Assembly: GCF_964213995.1 (NCBI RefSeq)
Contig: NC_135808.1
Location: 24,552,001-24,616,000 of the forward strand
Direction of reading: 5' to 3'
DNA length: 64,000 nt
From: Mustelus asterias
Lineage: Eukaryota
The first letter of the stretch is position 1. Each line of letters starts with the position of its first letter. Both the position numbers and the translations under genes were made by a program. Under the pieces are notes generated by a model. That model saw only the letters and a program-made list of their open reading frames with translations. It searched no databases and had not been told where the DNA came from. Positions 12,930 through 26,187 of the stretch are shown here, piece by piece.

Positions 12930-14457
12930 CCTCTGCATAGAGACCCAATGTCCTTGTTCTTTAATTGTACAGGAGTTGAGGGCAATGTATTTGCATGAAT
13001 AGAGGATTGGCTAATGGACAGGAAACATTGATTTGGCATAAATGGGGCATTTACAAGTTGGCCGACTGTGATTAGTGGAGTGTCACTAGGATCAGTGCTG
13101 GGACAATCAGTCATTGACAATCTTTATGTGTGACTCAGATGCAGAGACAGAATGTGATGGATCTAAATTTGGAGCAGCTACAAAGATAGGAAATGAGGAG
13201 AGATTGAGTCGGTTGGGATTGTGACGTCAGTGTACTTTTGAGAAAGTTTTTTAAAAATCATGATCTCTGCAACTCTCACAGCTTCAATATTTTCTCAGCT
13301 CACAGCCTCAGGTAATGTCATTTGCTGCTGGTTTGATTGGAGATGTCCTTTTATTGCTACTTCAATTGTTTAAATGGGGTCTGTCTATTTTAACTCTGGG
13401 TTGTTTTGTGACCTTGCATTGCTAGGAGGATGGACATGTGTTTTTGGACAGTTTTTTTTTCAGTGAGTTTAAGGTTTCATTTTCTGTTTGGCTGCAGGTA
13501 GAGTTGAGTTTCAGAAGGGGCAGCAAGCTGAAAGTCTCTCTCTCTCTCTCTCCCTGGTTTTGGAAATTCTGCTCGTAAGCTGAAAGCCTTTCTGAAGGGG
13601 AGAAATCTGCTGTTGGTGGCTTGCCGAGAGTCCCTGGTGTTTGTGGAAGCTGTTCTGACTCCAAACTGTTCCGAGTCTATCCAGGGAACTGCAGACTTCA
13701 TCCAAAGGACTCAAGTCCAGTATCACATGAGCATTAGACTGTGCTGTGTTAACCCTGTGAACAGGGTATTTTGTCTATGGGATTGGTTTGATTGGAACAC
13801 ATTAGATATATTTGTTAAGGATTATACATTATCGTGATTGTTTTGTTTCTTGTTTGTAATTCATAAGAGTTCTTGCTAATTTTCTGACTGTTCAGATTAA
13901 CTATATTCTTAAATAAACTTTGTTTGATAAAAGCTCCCGAGTGGATCAATTGAATCATATCTGAAGGGAAGCCTATCATGTTATTCCGAGCCAAATTGAT
14001 GATGCAAAACTTATGATCCAGGCGAGCTCCATAAAACCCTTTCTAGTTTCTGACCTCAACCATAACAGGATTGTATTTGCTGGAGTTTAGAAGAATGAGG
14101 GGCATCTCATAGAAACCTATAAAATTGTAACAGGAAGAGACAGAGCAAGTGCAGGAAGGATGGTGGGGGAGTCCAGAACCATGGGTTGTCCTCTAAAGAT
14201 AAAGGGTAAACCATTGAGGACTGAGATGAAGAGAAATAACTTCACCCAGATAGTGGAAAGCCTGTGGAATTCATTACCTCAACAAGCCATTGAGGCTAAA
14301 ACATTGTTTATTTTCAAGAAGGAGGGGCGAAGGGGATCAATGGTGGAGACTGGATCAGGCTATTAAGTTGGAAGATCAGCCATGATGATAATGAATGGCA
14401 GAGCAGGATTGAAGGGCCGAATGGCCTACTCCTGTTCCTCTTTTCTATGTTTCTATG
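12930..14457 (+). mobile_element. Decayed CR1 fragments interrupted by a solo LTR
   Basis: ERLSRLGL|YLLEFRRMRG is split by the LTR; FTQIVESLWNSLP. Confidence 0.7.
13220..14067 (+). mobile_element. Solo LTR (TG...CA, 4-bp TSD GGAT)
   Basis: TGTGAC...ATAACA with GGAT at 13216-13219 and 14068-14071; AATAAA near 13912; interrupts a CR1 reading frame. Confidence 0.85.
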
Positions 14458-14964
14458 AAACGCAAACTGTATGGAGGACATGGAGAGAGCTGCAAAGTGA
14501 TGTGGAGAAGTTAATCAAATGGGCTGCAAGGTGGTAGATGGAGTGTAATGTGGGTGGATGTGGGGGTTAGACTGTGTCTCCTGCCAACACAATATGGCCT
14601 TCTGCGAATTCGTACTGGTCCGTACGGATGTCACTCTGCTAAACCAGCCTGCTAGTAGCCCTTTACATTGAAGCAAGTCCAGCCTTCACTAAGAGCGTCC
14701 TACTTTGCTACACTGTGCAAAGAGAGGGCAGAGTGAGAGACAGAGTCAGAGTGAGCCTTCGTTGTGTGGCACAGATGATCAAACAAAGTATTGGTTCCAG
14801 GAAACCTTGTAAAGTCTGTCTCTTACCTAAAAAAGTTCTGTCGAAGAGGCAGTCTCATCTCTTTGTGATATTGTTTCGGAGACAAGCACAGTATTAATCT
14901 CACACTCAGCCTCTCTGACCTATTGAAATATCTGCAGATTTGAAATGTTTTTTAAAGTTTATTT

Positions 14965-15266
14965 TAAAGTTATTTATTAGTCACAAGTATGCTTACATTA
15001 ACACTGCAATGAAGTTGCTGTGAAAATCTCCTAGTTGCCACACTGCGGTGCATGTTCGGATACACTGAGGGAGAATTTAGCATGGCCAATGCACCTAAGC
15101 AGCACATTTTTCAGACTGTGGGAGGAAACCGGAGCACCCGGAGGAAACCCACGCAGACACGGGGAGAATGTGCAAACTCCGCACAGACAATGACCCAAAG
15201 CCGGAATTGAATCCGGGACCGTTGCGCAATGAGGCAGCAGTGCTAACCACTTGCCATCGTGCTGCC
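14965..15266 (-). mobile_element. V-SINE (alternative tail)
   Basis: Same head, core and tail as 884-1173. Confidence 0.8.
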
Positions 15267-16294
15267 CATAACTGATTCTGTGTAAGGATATTTCTGAGAC
15301 CAGAGCACATTGATGGACTTATTAATTCAGGTGAAATGAAGTCAAACAGTTTTGGCTGTGGGTTCAGTGAATACACATGTCATAATGACTGTGTCTTTGA
15401 GTTGAAATGTTCCTTCCTGTTTCACACAGTTGGAAAGCACTCAAACTGCCTGTATGTGGCAGAGGACACAGCTGTGGGGGCTATTCAACTTTGCGAGCAA
15501 GGATGGAAAAGTAGAACACTTCTTTTAAAATGAGTCACTTGTATGCAGTCTACAAGGAACACAGAAACTCCTCCAGGTAGAATCATAGAGGGAGAATGTG
15601 CAAACTCCACATAGAGTCATGCAAACTCGGATTGGACCAGGGTCCCTGGTGCTGTGAGACAGCAATGTGCCACCGTGCCACGCCTTTAAAGCACAACCAG
15701 GAAAGCAAATGGTACTTTGGTCTTTATTGTAAAGGGATTACAGAACAGAATAAATCAGCCTTGTGACAAATGTACACACCATTGTTAACACCACACCTGT
15801 AATTTGTGTCAGTGTTTTTCTGGCAGATGTACAGAGAATGTTTATTTGGAATGATTGGGATTTGTTTTATGAGAGTAAGTTGAGCAGGTTGGGGATTTAT
15901 TCATTGGAGTTCAGAACAATGAGAGGTAATCTCACTGGAAAAGGTTGGACTCTGACAGGGCTTGATAGGGTCGATAGTGAAAGATTCTTTCTGTTGATGA
16001 GCAATAAAACATGAGGGCAAAGCCTCAGGGTAAGAGGTGAATCATTTAAGATGAGGAGAAATTTCTTCACTCAAAGGGTTGTGAACCTTTGATTCTCTAT
16101 CCCAGAGAATTGTGGATGCTTCATTCCTGAAGATATTGAAGAGAGACAGATTTGTGGTGTCTCAGGGAATGGAGGTGTCCAGAGAGTAGGACTGAAATTG
16201 AGATGAGGCAGAAGATTAGCCATGATTGTGTTGAATGATGGGACAGTCTCATGAGGATGAACAGTCTATTCCTGCTGTTATCCCTCATGTTCTC

Positions 16295-16440
16295 TACTGA
16301 CTGAGGTTAATATCTAACCCCGGCACTCCCTGCTCACACCCCATCATCGATCGAAATCACTGCACACAGAGGGACCAGCACATTCCGTTCAAAAATTGTT
16401 GCTTCCTTCACCAGGTTGGGACGGGAAATCTATGGAAAAA
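16295..16440 (-). pseudogene. Decayed orphan class I leader exon plus first intron-1 repeat unit
   Basis: The reverse strand reads gaaggaagcaacaatttttgaacggaatgtgctggtccctctgtgtg...gatggggtgtgag and aligns by eye to exon 1 (gagggaagcagcaatgattggactgatagagctggtccttctgtgtg...gatggggtgtgag). The ATG and donor are lost. Confidence 0.65.
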
Positions 16441-16449
16441 CTTTTCCGA

Positions 16450-16770
16450 GTGTCTCCCAGCTGCACCCTGTACTGATTCTGTCACTCTCAGTCTGAGCTG
16501 TGTCCTGTACTGATACTGTCCCTCTCAGTCTGAGCTGTGTCCTGTACTGATTCTGTCCCTCTCAGTCTGAGCTGTGTCCTGTACTGATTCTGTCCCTCTC
16601 AGTCTGAGCTGTGTCCTGTACTGCTACTGTCCCTCTCATGTCCTGTACTGATACTGTCCCTCTCAGTCTGTGAGCTGTGTCCTGTACTGCTACTGTCCCT
16701 CTCATTCTGAGCTGTGTCCTGTACTGATACTGTCCCTCTCAGTCTGAGCTGTGTCGTGTCCTGATATCAA
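16450..16770. repeat. 37-bp minisatellite (39-bp inverted paralog at 54730-55015)
   Basis: Unit tgtcctgtactgatactgtccctctcagtctgagctg. Confidence 0.9.
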
Positions 16771-16967
16771 ACCCTGTTCCTGTTTAATTATGTAAATAGT
16801 AACTGGACACCAAATACCATTGAAGAATTCAGGGCCGCAATTCTCCCAAAAAAGTTCTAAGTTTGGACTTTGCGGGAAAACTGGTGCAAATCACTCCAGT
16901 TTTTTCAGTGCAACTTCACACTTGACTCTCCCACACTCTGTGCAATGCAGAGGTCTCAATCGGGAAT

Positions 16968-17293
16968 GGGGCGGCACGGTAGCACAGTGGTTAGCACTGC
17001 TGCTTCACAGCTCCAGGGTCCCGGGTTCGATTCCCAGCTTGGGTCACTGTCTGTGTGGAGTTTGCACATTCTCCTCGTGTCTGCGTGGGTTTCCTCCGGG
17101 TGCTCCGGTTTCCTCCCACAGTCCAAAGATGTGCGGGTTAGGTTGATTGGCCAGGTTAAAAATTGCCCCTTGGGATGCGTAGGTTAGAGGGATTAGTGGG
17201 TAAATATGTGGGGGTAGGGCCTGGGTGGGATTGTGGTCGGTGCAGACTCGATGGGCCGAATGGCCTCCTTCTGCACTGTAGGGTTTCTCTATC
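16968..17293 (+). mobile_element. HE1-like V-SINE
   Basis: Full head, core and tail. Confidence 0.85.
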
Positions 17294-20200
17294 ATGAAAA
17301 GCTCGGGGGGGGCGGGGCATAGTCACAGACAATTCCGGAACTCTACACATGCGCAGTGGCCCCTATCTGTCATTCTCCCAATCACTGGCTATCCCGGGAC
17401 CCTGGCAGTGCTGCCCCTCCAGCTGATGTTCCCCTCCAGCAGTGATGATAACCCCACCCCAGCAGACCTCCTCCCCAGCACACCCCCCAGGCTGATCCCT
17501 CAGGCCACCCTGATCGCAAACCTCCCTCTGGTCTCCCTCACGGCTCAGATGGTGCTGCATATCTGACGCGAGGAGAGGTGCGCACGGCGGAACGCATGCG
17601 CAAATCCCGTGAGTCGAACGACACGCAATTCTCTCAACCTGCTGTGCTAAACATTAGTGTGGCGGGATGGGAGAATCACTCCCCCCGGGATACACACAGG
17701 ACACAGCTTGTCGAGTCCTGTTTGAAAAGTTACTGTGTTTGTTCAGGAAGGAATTGATTTGAAAAAGTGAAGAGTTGATCGGGCAGAGTTAAATTGAAAG
17801 GTAAAATGGTGCACAAAGAAACAGTATTTGGAGATTTGATGCTTGGATCAGAGTCGGGAGATTGGAATGTTTGGGAGAAAGTCGACAGGAAGAAACAAAT
17901 AGTGAGAGATCACGGAGATGTGAGACCAAAGATTAGATTATTGAATCAGGATGAAGAAATGGATCTCGCTGCTTTTCAGAAATGGGCTGTTGATGTCTGG
18001 TTGGTGGAATATCAGAAGGTTAGAAAAATGAAATTGAAGAAACTCACAATAAAGTTTAAAATACTGTGTGAACAACCGGGTTGTTTCTGTTCAGAGATAT
18101 CCTGATTTGTAAACAAACTGTTCCTTTTACTAAATGAATATTCCTCCATTCTGTGCACAGATCTAAAGGATGTGAAGCAACCTGTGTCCATGTGGGTGAC
18201 ACGGTGGCACAGTAGTTGGCGCTGCTGCCTCACTATACCAGGGATCAAGGTTCAATTCTGGCTATGGCCAACTGTCAATTTGGATAAGATGCTCTTTTGG
18301 AGAATCAGCATGGAGGTGATGAGCTAAATGGCCTCCTTCTGCACTGTAGGAATTCTGTGGATTCTATGTGATGCAAGAGGTGAACAAAATTCAGGCTTAC
18401 GCTGATAAGTGGACGATTACATTCACACCCACAAGTGCCAGGCAATGGCCATCTCTAACATTAGTGAAGCTAACTATCTCTCCTTGACATTTGGAGTTAC
18501 AGAATTGTTCTGGTGTTGACAGGCTATTTGGCCCATTGTCCTATAATTTTCAAGTTGAAGAAGTTTGGAGAAGTTTTGGAATTGAAACATACTCTGTTGG
18601 AAACTCCGCCCTCTGTAGTTGCAATGTAACAATCTTCAATGTTTCCTTTTCTGTTATTTGTGAAACGAGGTTTTCCCTTAGTTTCAACAACAGACATTAG
18701 TGAAGAAAGAAGATGTGATGGAATTTATTTTATCCCCTTTTAAAAGACACGTTTTTAATGTTGAAAAGATCCAGAGTGAAACTTGAAGTGATGTGAGAAA
18801 GAATTGTGTGTACAGATGTGTGTGTGTAAACTCCCTGTTAGTGAATGAGGAAAGGCTGTGTGAATGCTCTGCATTGCTGTTCCTTTAGGCCAGCTCCAAC
18901 TCTGATGTTTTTTCCTGAAAATGGTTAGGTCTAAAGGGGGAGAACAGTTTAAAAGTTTTTAAACTGGGAGCTTGTTGCCGCTACAATGAAACTCTGTTGA
19001 AACGGGTGAAACATGCGAGATTTCTAATCCAGATACAAATTCACATCTGTCAGAGTGGGGTCGTTTTTTTAAAGCTTTGATGGTGTAACTTCGAATTCAG
19101 GAGCTGAATTTAAGGTGATTGCTCATGGATTATTCTTGTGTTTAAAATCTTCATAAAAATGACCCTGGGGAACATTTGGCACGTTATCTTCTAATCCATT
19201 TTTCTCCAAGGTTTTTATTCGGAAGTATCCAGTTTGAAATGGTGAATCCACAAGACATGAAGAAATATCTTTGTTCTGCTGAAACCGCCATTACTCTGAG
19301 AACATTGTAACCCAGTCTCTTTTTGAAATCGCGGTGACAGTGAATTCCTTCACCGAACGTGTTCTAATTTAGAATTAACCCATTCAGCTCCAAGCAGAAT
19401 AAACCTTTTCTGTTGTTTTAATAAAACACACACACACACGTAACAATTGTGTCCAATACTGCAAAGTGTAACAATATTTCCAACAGTGACAAGAATGGGA
19501 AACTTATCTGCAGCTCCAAATGTCAGATCGCGGTGACAGTTTGATACAAAGGCTCTGATATTTCAATAATGTTTGTTATTTCCCCAGACAGAGTGCTTGG
19601 GAAGGGGGGATGTGACATAAACACACTCACTAATGAATAACAGACATTAAAAGAAAAAATCAGGAAAGGGCAGAAGATATTGGAATTCATGAGTTCAATA
19701 CAGATGAGATTCGCTCCCGATTTCTCACACATTGCGGCGCGAGGCTGAATAAAATACTTGACTACATTCAAAACCTGTTATGAACAAAATGAGCGAGCCC
19801 GCGGCGCAATCATCTGGGCTCTCGTCTCTGTGGCCTCACGGGAGAGGTTCACTCCAGCGAGAATCACAACAGGGACCAGACCCGATGCCTCGCTAGTGGA
19901 TCCAGAAGCCATTGAAGCCACCCCGAGAAGTTGGGGGGAGTGCCTTGCGGACAGTGCCAGCCTGGTATCTTGGAAGTGCCCACCAGGCAGTGGGAGTGGG
20001 AAGGGTGTGGAGCCTGATGATTTGGAGGGGGGCTCTACTGGGGTGGGACCAACCTGTGGTGATGGGGGCCGGGGGGGGGGGGGGGCGGTGCGCTGCACGC
20101 TATGCATTTGCAATTTGGGGTGTGAGGGGGCTACTGCCACTAAGTATTTGCCATCAGTGAGGGAAGTAGTGGGGGCTACTGCATTGCGATCGGTGGTGGG

Positions 20201-21876
20201 ATGGACAGGGAAAGTGGGTCCGAATTGGGGGGAGGGGGGTCACGGGGTTCAATCTGTCCCAGAGGCGCGGTTTGGTCTGTCCGGGCATGTAGGGGGTCAC
20301 GGGGTCAATTGGTCCGACCATCAGGGTTCCATTAGGCAGCTGGGGAGTCCGTGTTTAGGCCATGGAGGTCTGGTGAAAGCAGCAGAGGCTGACTGACAGG
20401 TCTCTCTGTCGCTCAGAGCAGAGGGATCTGCACATGCGCAATGGTGTCCTCTGATGCTTTCAGGCAGCATTCTGGTTATTTAAGATCTGCCCCCTCCCCC
20501 GACAAGGGTGAGAAACAAGTGCATAAGATTGTAGATTTGGAGTCGCCAAAAGGCGGATCAGAAACTCTCCCATTTTCATGCTCTTTCTGGACAGAGAATT
20601 TTTTTCATAAGATCGTCCTCCAGTGACTGTGCAGAATAAACAGCTCAGATCAGAATAGCTTAGAAAGTGCAGCTCCAGAAAAAGCAATTACTTCCTAACC
20701 ATCATCACAGTTCCATTTAAACAGAATCACAAATGTGGAGCTTGAATCAGTCGGTCGCTGTCACCTTGATGAAATCACATCTTCCCTCATTCTCTCATCC
20801 TCTCCTGCTGCTGTTCTTGGGAACTGGTGTTCCTGGATTACAAACCCTGGAATGCACTGGAGGGCACTGGGGATGAGAAAGAAAAACTGAGGCAAAGCCA
20901 GCAGAGCTGGAACACACCCAACAAAACCCATCAGACCTCCACAAAAAACAGCAGCAAAATCCATCAGACCCCTCACGCCTAATAATGCAGAAACCTGGAA
21001 GAGATACAGAGAGAGGAATACTGGGAAAGGAGAGGGGGCACGACAAAATACTGGCAAGAAAAATCAAGGAACCTCCAAGGATGTTCTTTAAGTACCTGAA
21101 GAGAAAAGGATAAGGAAAGAGTAAGGCCTGGTGGAGACCAATAAGATAGTCTGTGAGAGAGGAGGGAGAATGTGTTGAGGTTGTGAATAAATACATTGCC
21201 ACTGTCTTTGGGAAACAGGGAGCAATGCTGATATTGCACTTAAAGAAGAAGTGTGTGAATTACTGCATCAGATAAACATTGTAAGAGATGATGTATTCAG
21301 GGATTTTATAACTTTGAAAGATGGTAAATCACCGGGTTAAAAGAAGCAAAGGAGGGAATTGCAGAGGCTCTGATCATCAGAATCATTCCTCCCGGGTTAC
21401 AGGAGTGTGGAAGAAGATTAAATGACTGCCAACATTACACCATGGATTGAAAAGAGAAGGGACAATCTGAGTAATTATACACCAGTTAGTGTAACTTCGG
21501 CAGTGGGAACATTGTTGGAACCAATTATGGGGAACGGTACAAACCTTCATCGAGAAAGGCACAGATTAGTCGAGGAAAGTTAGCGTGGATTTAAGGGGAG
21601 CTCATCTCAAGCTTTCTGACTGAAAATTTGGAAGAGGTGAGAAGGAGGGTTGATGAGGGCAGTGAGGTGGACATGGTCAACATGCATTTTAATCATGCTT
21701 TGGACAAGGTCCCACATGGCAGGCTGGTCAGAAATGTAAAACTCATCGAGATCCAAGAGACATTGACAAATCAGACCCCAAATTAGCTCAGTGGCAGGAA
21801 GCAAAGGGTTAAGGGGTTGATTGCGACTAGAATGATGTCCATGATGTGGAGATGCCGGCGTTGGACTGACCATCAC

Positions 21877-21913
21877 TCATCTGACGAAGGAGCAGTTCTC
21901 CGAAAGCTCGTGA
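21877..21913 (+). ncRNA. Minimal hammerhead ribozyme motif
   Basis: TCAT-CTGACGA-A-GGAG-CAGTT-CTCC-GAAA-GC-TC-GTGA. Confidence 0.62.
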
Positions 21914-22734
21914 TTCCGAGTTGGATTTTACCCTGATGTTGAGAGACTTCTCAGACCTAAACAAGACTTCTTGTTACCAGTGGGGGTTCCACAGGACCCA
22001 GCACTCACGCCTCACTTTTTGTAGTTCATGTGAATCATTTAGATTCAAATGCAGCAGGAATGATAAAGAAGTTGACAGAGGTACAAATATTATCTGTGTT
22101 GGTTTTTAGTGAAGAGGAAAGCTTCAGACTGTAGGAAGACAGAGATGGTCTGGGCAGTTGGGAAGAACATTGGAAAATGGAATTCAGTCCGGAGCAGTGA
22201 GAGGTGATGGATTTCGGGAGGATGAACAAGGCAAAGGGAATCCCCAATAACTGGGAGGATAATGAGTAATGTGGAGGAACAGAGGGATCCAGGAGTGCGT
22301 GTCCACAGATTGGGAAAGTTTTCAGGACAGGTTAATTACATGGTAAAGAAGGTACATAACATGCTTTTCTTTCATCAGTTGAGACAGACAGCAGAATGGT
22401 TTTGCTAGAATTGTAACAACACCAGACAGATGACAGCTGAAGCACTGTCTGAAAGGATGGTAGACGCAGAAACTCTCACCACATTGAATCAATTCTTGGA
22501 CGTCGAGTTGAAGAGCTGTGATCGACAGAGCTACAGATCAAGTACATGAGGTGAGATTAAGCAGGAGAGTTCTTCATGAACAGGAAGGGATATGATGGGC
22601 TGAATGGCCTCGCTCTCAATCATAAATATTCTATCCTTCAACATTCCAACCACACACCAGCAGCAAATCCCATCAGACCTCCAAACACCAGCTAAACCCA
22701 GCAGACCCCTAACACGAGCAAAACCCATCAGACC

Positions 22735-23648
22735 AAGATTGGTGGCATGGTGGACAGTGAGGAAGGTTATCTCCAATTGCAGCGGGATCTTGATCAATTG
22801 GGCCAGTGGGCTGACGAATGGCAGATGGAGTTTAATTTAGACAACTGCGAGGTGATGCATTTTGGTAGATTGAACCAGGGTAGCAGTTACTCAGTTAATG
22901 GTCGGGCATTGGGGAGAGTTACAGAACAAAGAGATCTAGGGGTACATGTTCATAGCTCCTTGAAAGTGGAGTCACAGGTGGACAGAGTGGTGAAGAAGGC
23001 ATTCGGCATGCTTGGTTTCATCGGTCAGAACATTGAATACAGGAGTTGGGACGTCTTGTTGAAGTTGTACAAGGAATTGGTAAGGCCACACTTGGAATGC
23101 TGTATGCAATTCTGGTGACCCTATTATAGAAAGGATATTATTAAACTAGAAAGAGTGCCGAAAAGATTTACTAGGATGGTACCGGGACTTGATGGATTGA
23201 GTTATGAGGAGGGGCTGAATAGACTGGGACTTTTTTCTCTGGAGTGTAGGAGGCTAAGGGGTGACCTTATAGAGGTCTATAAAATAATGAGGGGCATAGA
23301 CAAGGTAGAGAGGCAATATCTTTTCCCAAAGGTCGGGGAGTCTAAAACTAGAGGGCATAGGTTTAAGGTGAGAGGGGAGAGATATAAAAGTGTCCAGGAG
23401 GTGCAATTTTTTCACACAGAGGATAGTGAGTGTCTGGAACAAGCTGCCAGAGGTAGTAGTAGAGGCGGGTACTATTTTATCTTTTAAAAAGCATTTAGAT
23501 AGTTACATGGGTACGATGCGTATAGAGGGATATGGGCCAAATGCGGGCAATTGGGATTAGTTTCGGGGTTTTAAAAAAAATATAAGGGCGGCATGGACAA
23601 GTTGGACCGAAGGGCCTGTTTCCATGCTGTAAACCTCTATGACTCTGT
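22735..23648 (+). mobile_element. CR1-clade LINE 3' fragment inserted in the 28-bp minisatellite
   Basis: LQRDLDQLGQWADEWQMEFN...RPHLECCMQFW; (ACTCTATG)-type tail. Confidence 0.9.
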
Positions 23649-24109
23649 GAGCACAAACACCAGCAAAACCCATCAGACCCCCAAATACCAGCAAAACCCA
23701 TCAAACCCCCGAAACACCAGCTAAACCCACAAGAGCCCCAAACACCAGCTAAACCCAACAGAGCCCCACACACCAGCTAAACCCATCAGAGCCCCAAACA
23801 CCAGCTAAACCCATCAGATCCCCAAACACCAGCTAAACCCATCAGACCCTCAAACACCAGTAAAACCCAGCAGATCCCCAAACACCAGCTAAACCCATCA
23901 GAGCCCTAAACACCAGCTAAACCCATCATAATTCCAAACACCAGCAAAAACCATCAGAGCCCCAAACACCAGCCAATCCCATCAGACCACAAATACCAGC
24001 AAAATCCATCTGACCCCCAAACACCAGCGAAACACATCAGACTCCCTAACACGAGTTAAACACATCAGACCCCCAAACACCAGCAAAACCCATCGGAGCC
24101 CCAAACACC

Positions 24110-26187
24110 AGTCTTTTAAGGAACAGTTGTTAGGGCTACAGGACAGGCATGTGCCTGTAAAAAAGGATAGGAAGGGTAGGATTCGAGAACCGTGGATAAC
24201 CAGGGAAATTGAGGGACTAGTCAAAAAGAAAAGAGAGGCGTATGTTAGGTCCAGGCAGCTAAAAACGGAGGGAGCTCTGGAGGAGTACAAAGCAAGTAGG
24301 AAAGAACTCAAATGGGGAATTAGAAGGTCAAAAATGGGTCACGAAATGTCCTTGGCAGACAGGATTAAGGAGAATCCCAAGGCATTTTATTCATACGTTA
24401 GCAACAAAAGGGTTGTCAGGGAAGAAATCGGACCTCTCAGGGACAAAAGTGGGGAATTATGCTTGGAGCCCAAAGAAGTAGGGGAGATCCTAAATGAATA
24501 CTTTGCGTCAGTATTCACAAAGGAGAGGGATGTGTTGATTGGGAGTGTCTAGGAGGGGAATGTTGAACCATTAGAGAAAATCTCCATTATAAGGGAGGAA
24601 GTGTTCGGTTTGTTAGAGAATATAAAGACTGACAAATCCCCAGGGCCTGATGGAATCTATCCAAGGCTGCTCAGGGAGACAAGAGATGAAATCGCTGGGC
24701 CTCTGACGCAAATCTTTGTCTCGTCACTGGACGTAGGTGAGGTCCCAGAGGATTGGAGGATAGCTAATGTGGTCCCATTATTTAAGAAGGGTCGGAAGGA
24801 TAACCCGGGTAATTATAGGCCGGTGAGCTTGACGTCCGTGGTGGGGAAGTTGTTGGAGAAGATTCTTAGAGATAGGATGTATGCCCATTTAGAAAGGAAT
24901 AAACTCATTAATGATAGTCAGCATGGTTTTGTGAGAGGGAGGTCATGCCTCACTAACCTGGCGGAGTTTTTTGAAGAAGTGACCAGAATGGTGGACGAGG
25001 GAAGGGCCGTGGATATGGTCTATATGGACTTTAGTAAAGCGTTTAACAAAATCCCTCATGATAGGCTGGTGAAAAAGGTTGGATCTCATGGGATAAAGGG
25101 GGCGGTGGCTAGATGGGTGGAGAACTGGCTTGGTCACAGAAGACAGAGGGTGGTAGTGGAAGGGTCTTTTTCCGGCTGGAGGCCTGTGACTCGTGGTGTT
25201 CCGCAGGGCTCTGTATGGGGACCTCTGCTATTTGTGATTTATATAAACGATCTGGAAGAAGGTGTAACTGGGGTGATCAGTAAGTTTGCGGACGACACAA
25301 AGTTGGCAGGACTTGCAGATAGTGAGGAGCATTGTCAGAAGCAACAGAAGGATATAGATAGCTGGAAATTTGGGCAAAGAAATGGCAGATAGAGTTCAAT
25401 CCTGATGAATGTGAAGTGATGAATTTTGGTAGAAATAATGTAGGGAGGAGCTATACGATAAATGGCAGAACCATAAAGGGTGTAGATACGCAGAGGGACC
25501 TGGGTGTGCAAGTCCACAGATCCTTGAAGGTGACGTCACAGGTGGAGAAGGTGGTGAAGAAGACATATGGCATGCTTGCCTTTATAGGACGGGTCATAGA
25601 GTATAAAAGTTGGGGTCTGATGTTGCAGATGTATAAAACGTTGGTTCGGCCACATTTGGAATACTGCATCCAGTTCTGGTCGCCACACTACCAGAAGGAC
25701 GTGGAGGCTTTGGAGAGAGTGCAGAGGAGGTTTACCAGGATGTTGCCTGGTATGGAGGGGCTTAGTTATGAGGAGAGATTGGGTAAACTGGGGTTGTTCT
25801 CCCTGGAAAGACGGAGGATGAGGGGAGACTTAATAGAGGTGTATAAAATTATGAAAGGCATAGATAGGGTGAACGGTGGGAAGGTTTTCCCCAGGTCGGT
25901 GGTGACGTTCACGAGGGGTCATAGGTTCAAGGTGAAGGGGGGGGGGGGAGGTTTAACACAGATATCAGAAGGACATATTTTACACAGAGGGTGGTGGAGG
26001 CCTGGAATGCGCTGCCAGGCAAGGTGGTGGAGGCGGACACACTGGGAATGTTTAAGACTTATCTAGATAGCCATATGAACGGAGTGGGAATGGAGGGATA
26101 CAAAAGAATGGTCTAGTTTGGACCAGGGAGCGGCACGGGCTTGGAGGGCCGAAGGGCCTGTTCCTGTGCTTTATTGTTCTTTGTTCT
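24110..26187 (+). mobile_element. Young CR1-clade LINE, same family as 8752-10367, inserted in the 28-bp minisatellite
   Basis: ORF2 pieces 24127-24552, 24601-25392 and 25416-26066 with RT motifs (FADD); same 3' tail. Confidence 0.93.

Noticed and set aside
16968-17045. tRNA-like sequences at SINE starts
   Set aside because: They are SINE heads continuing into the V core, not tRNA genes.
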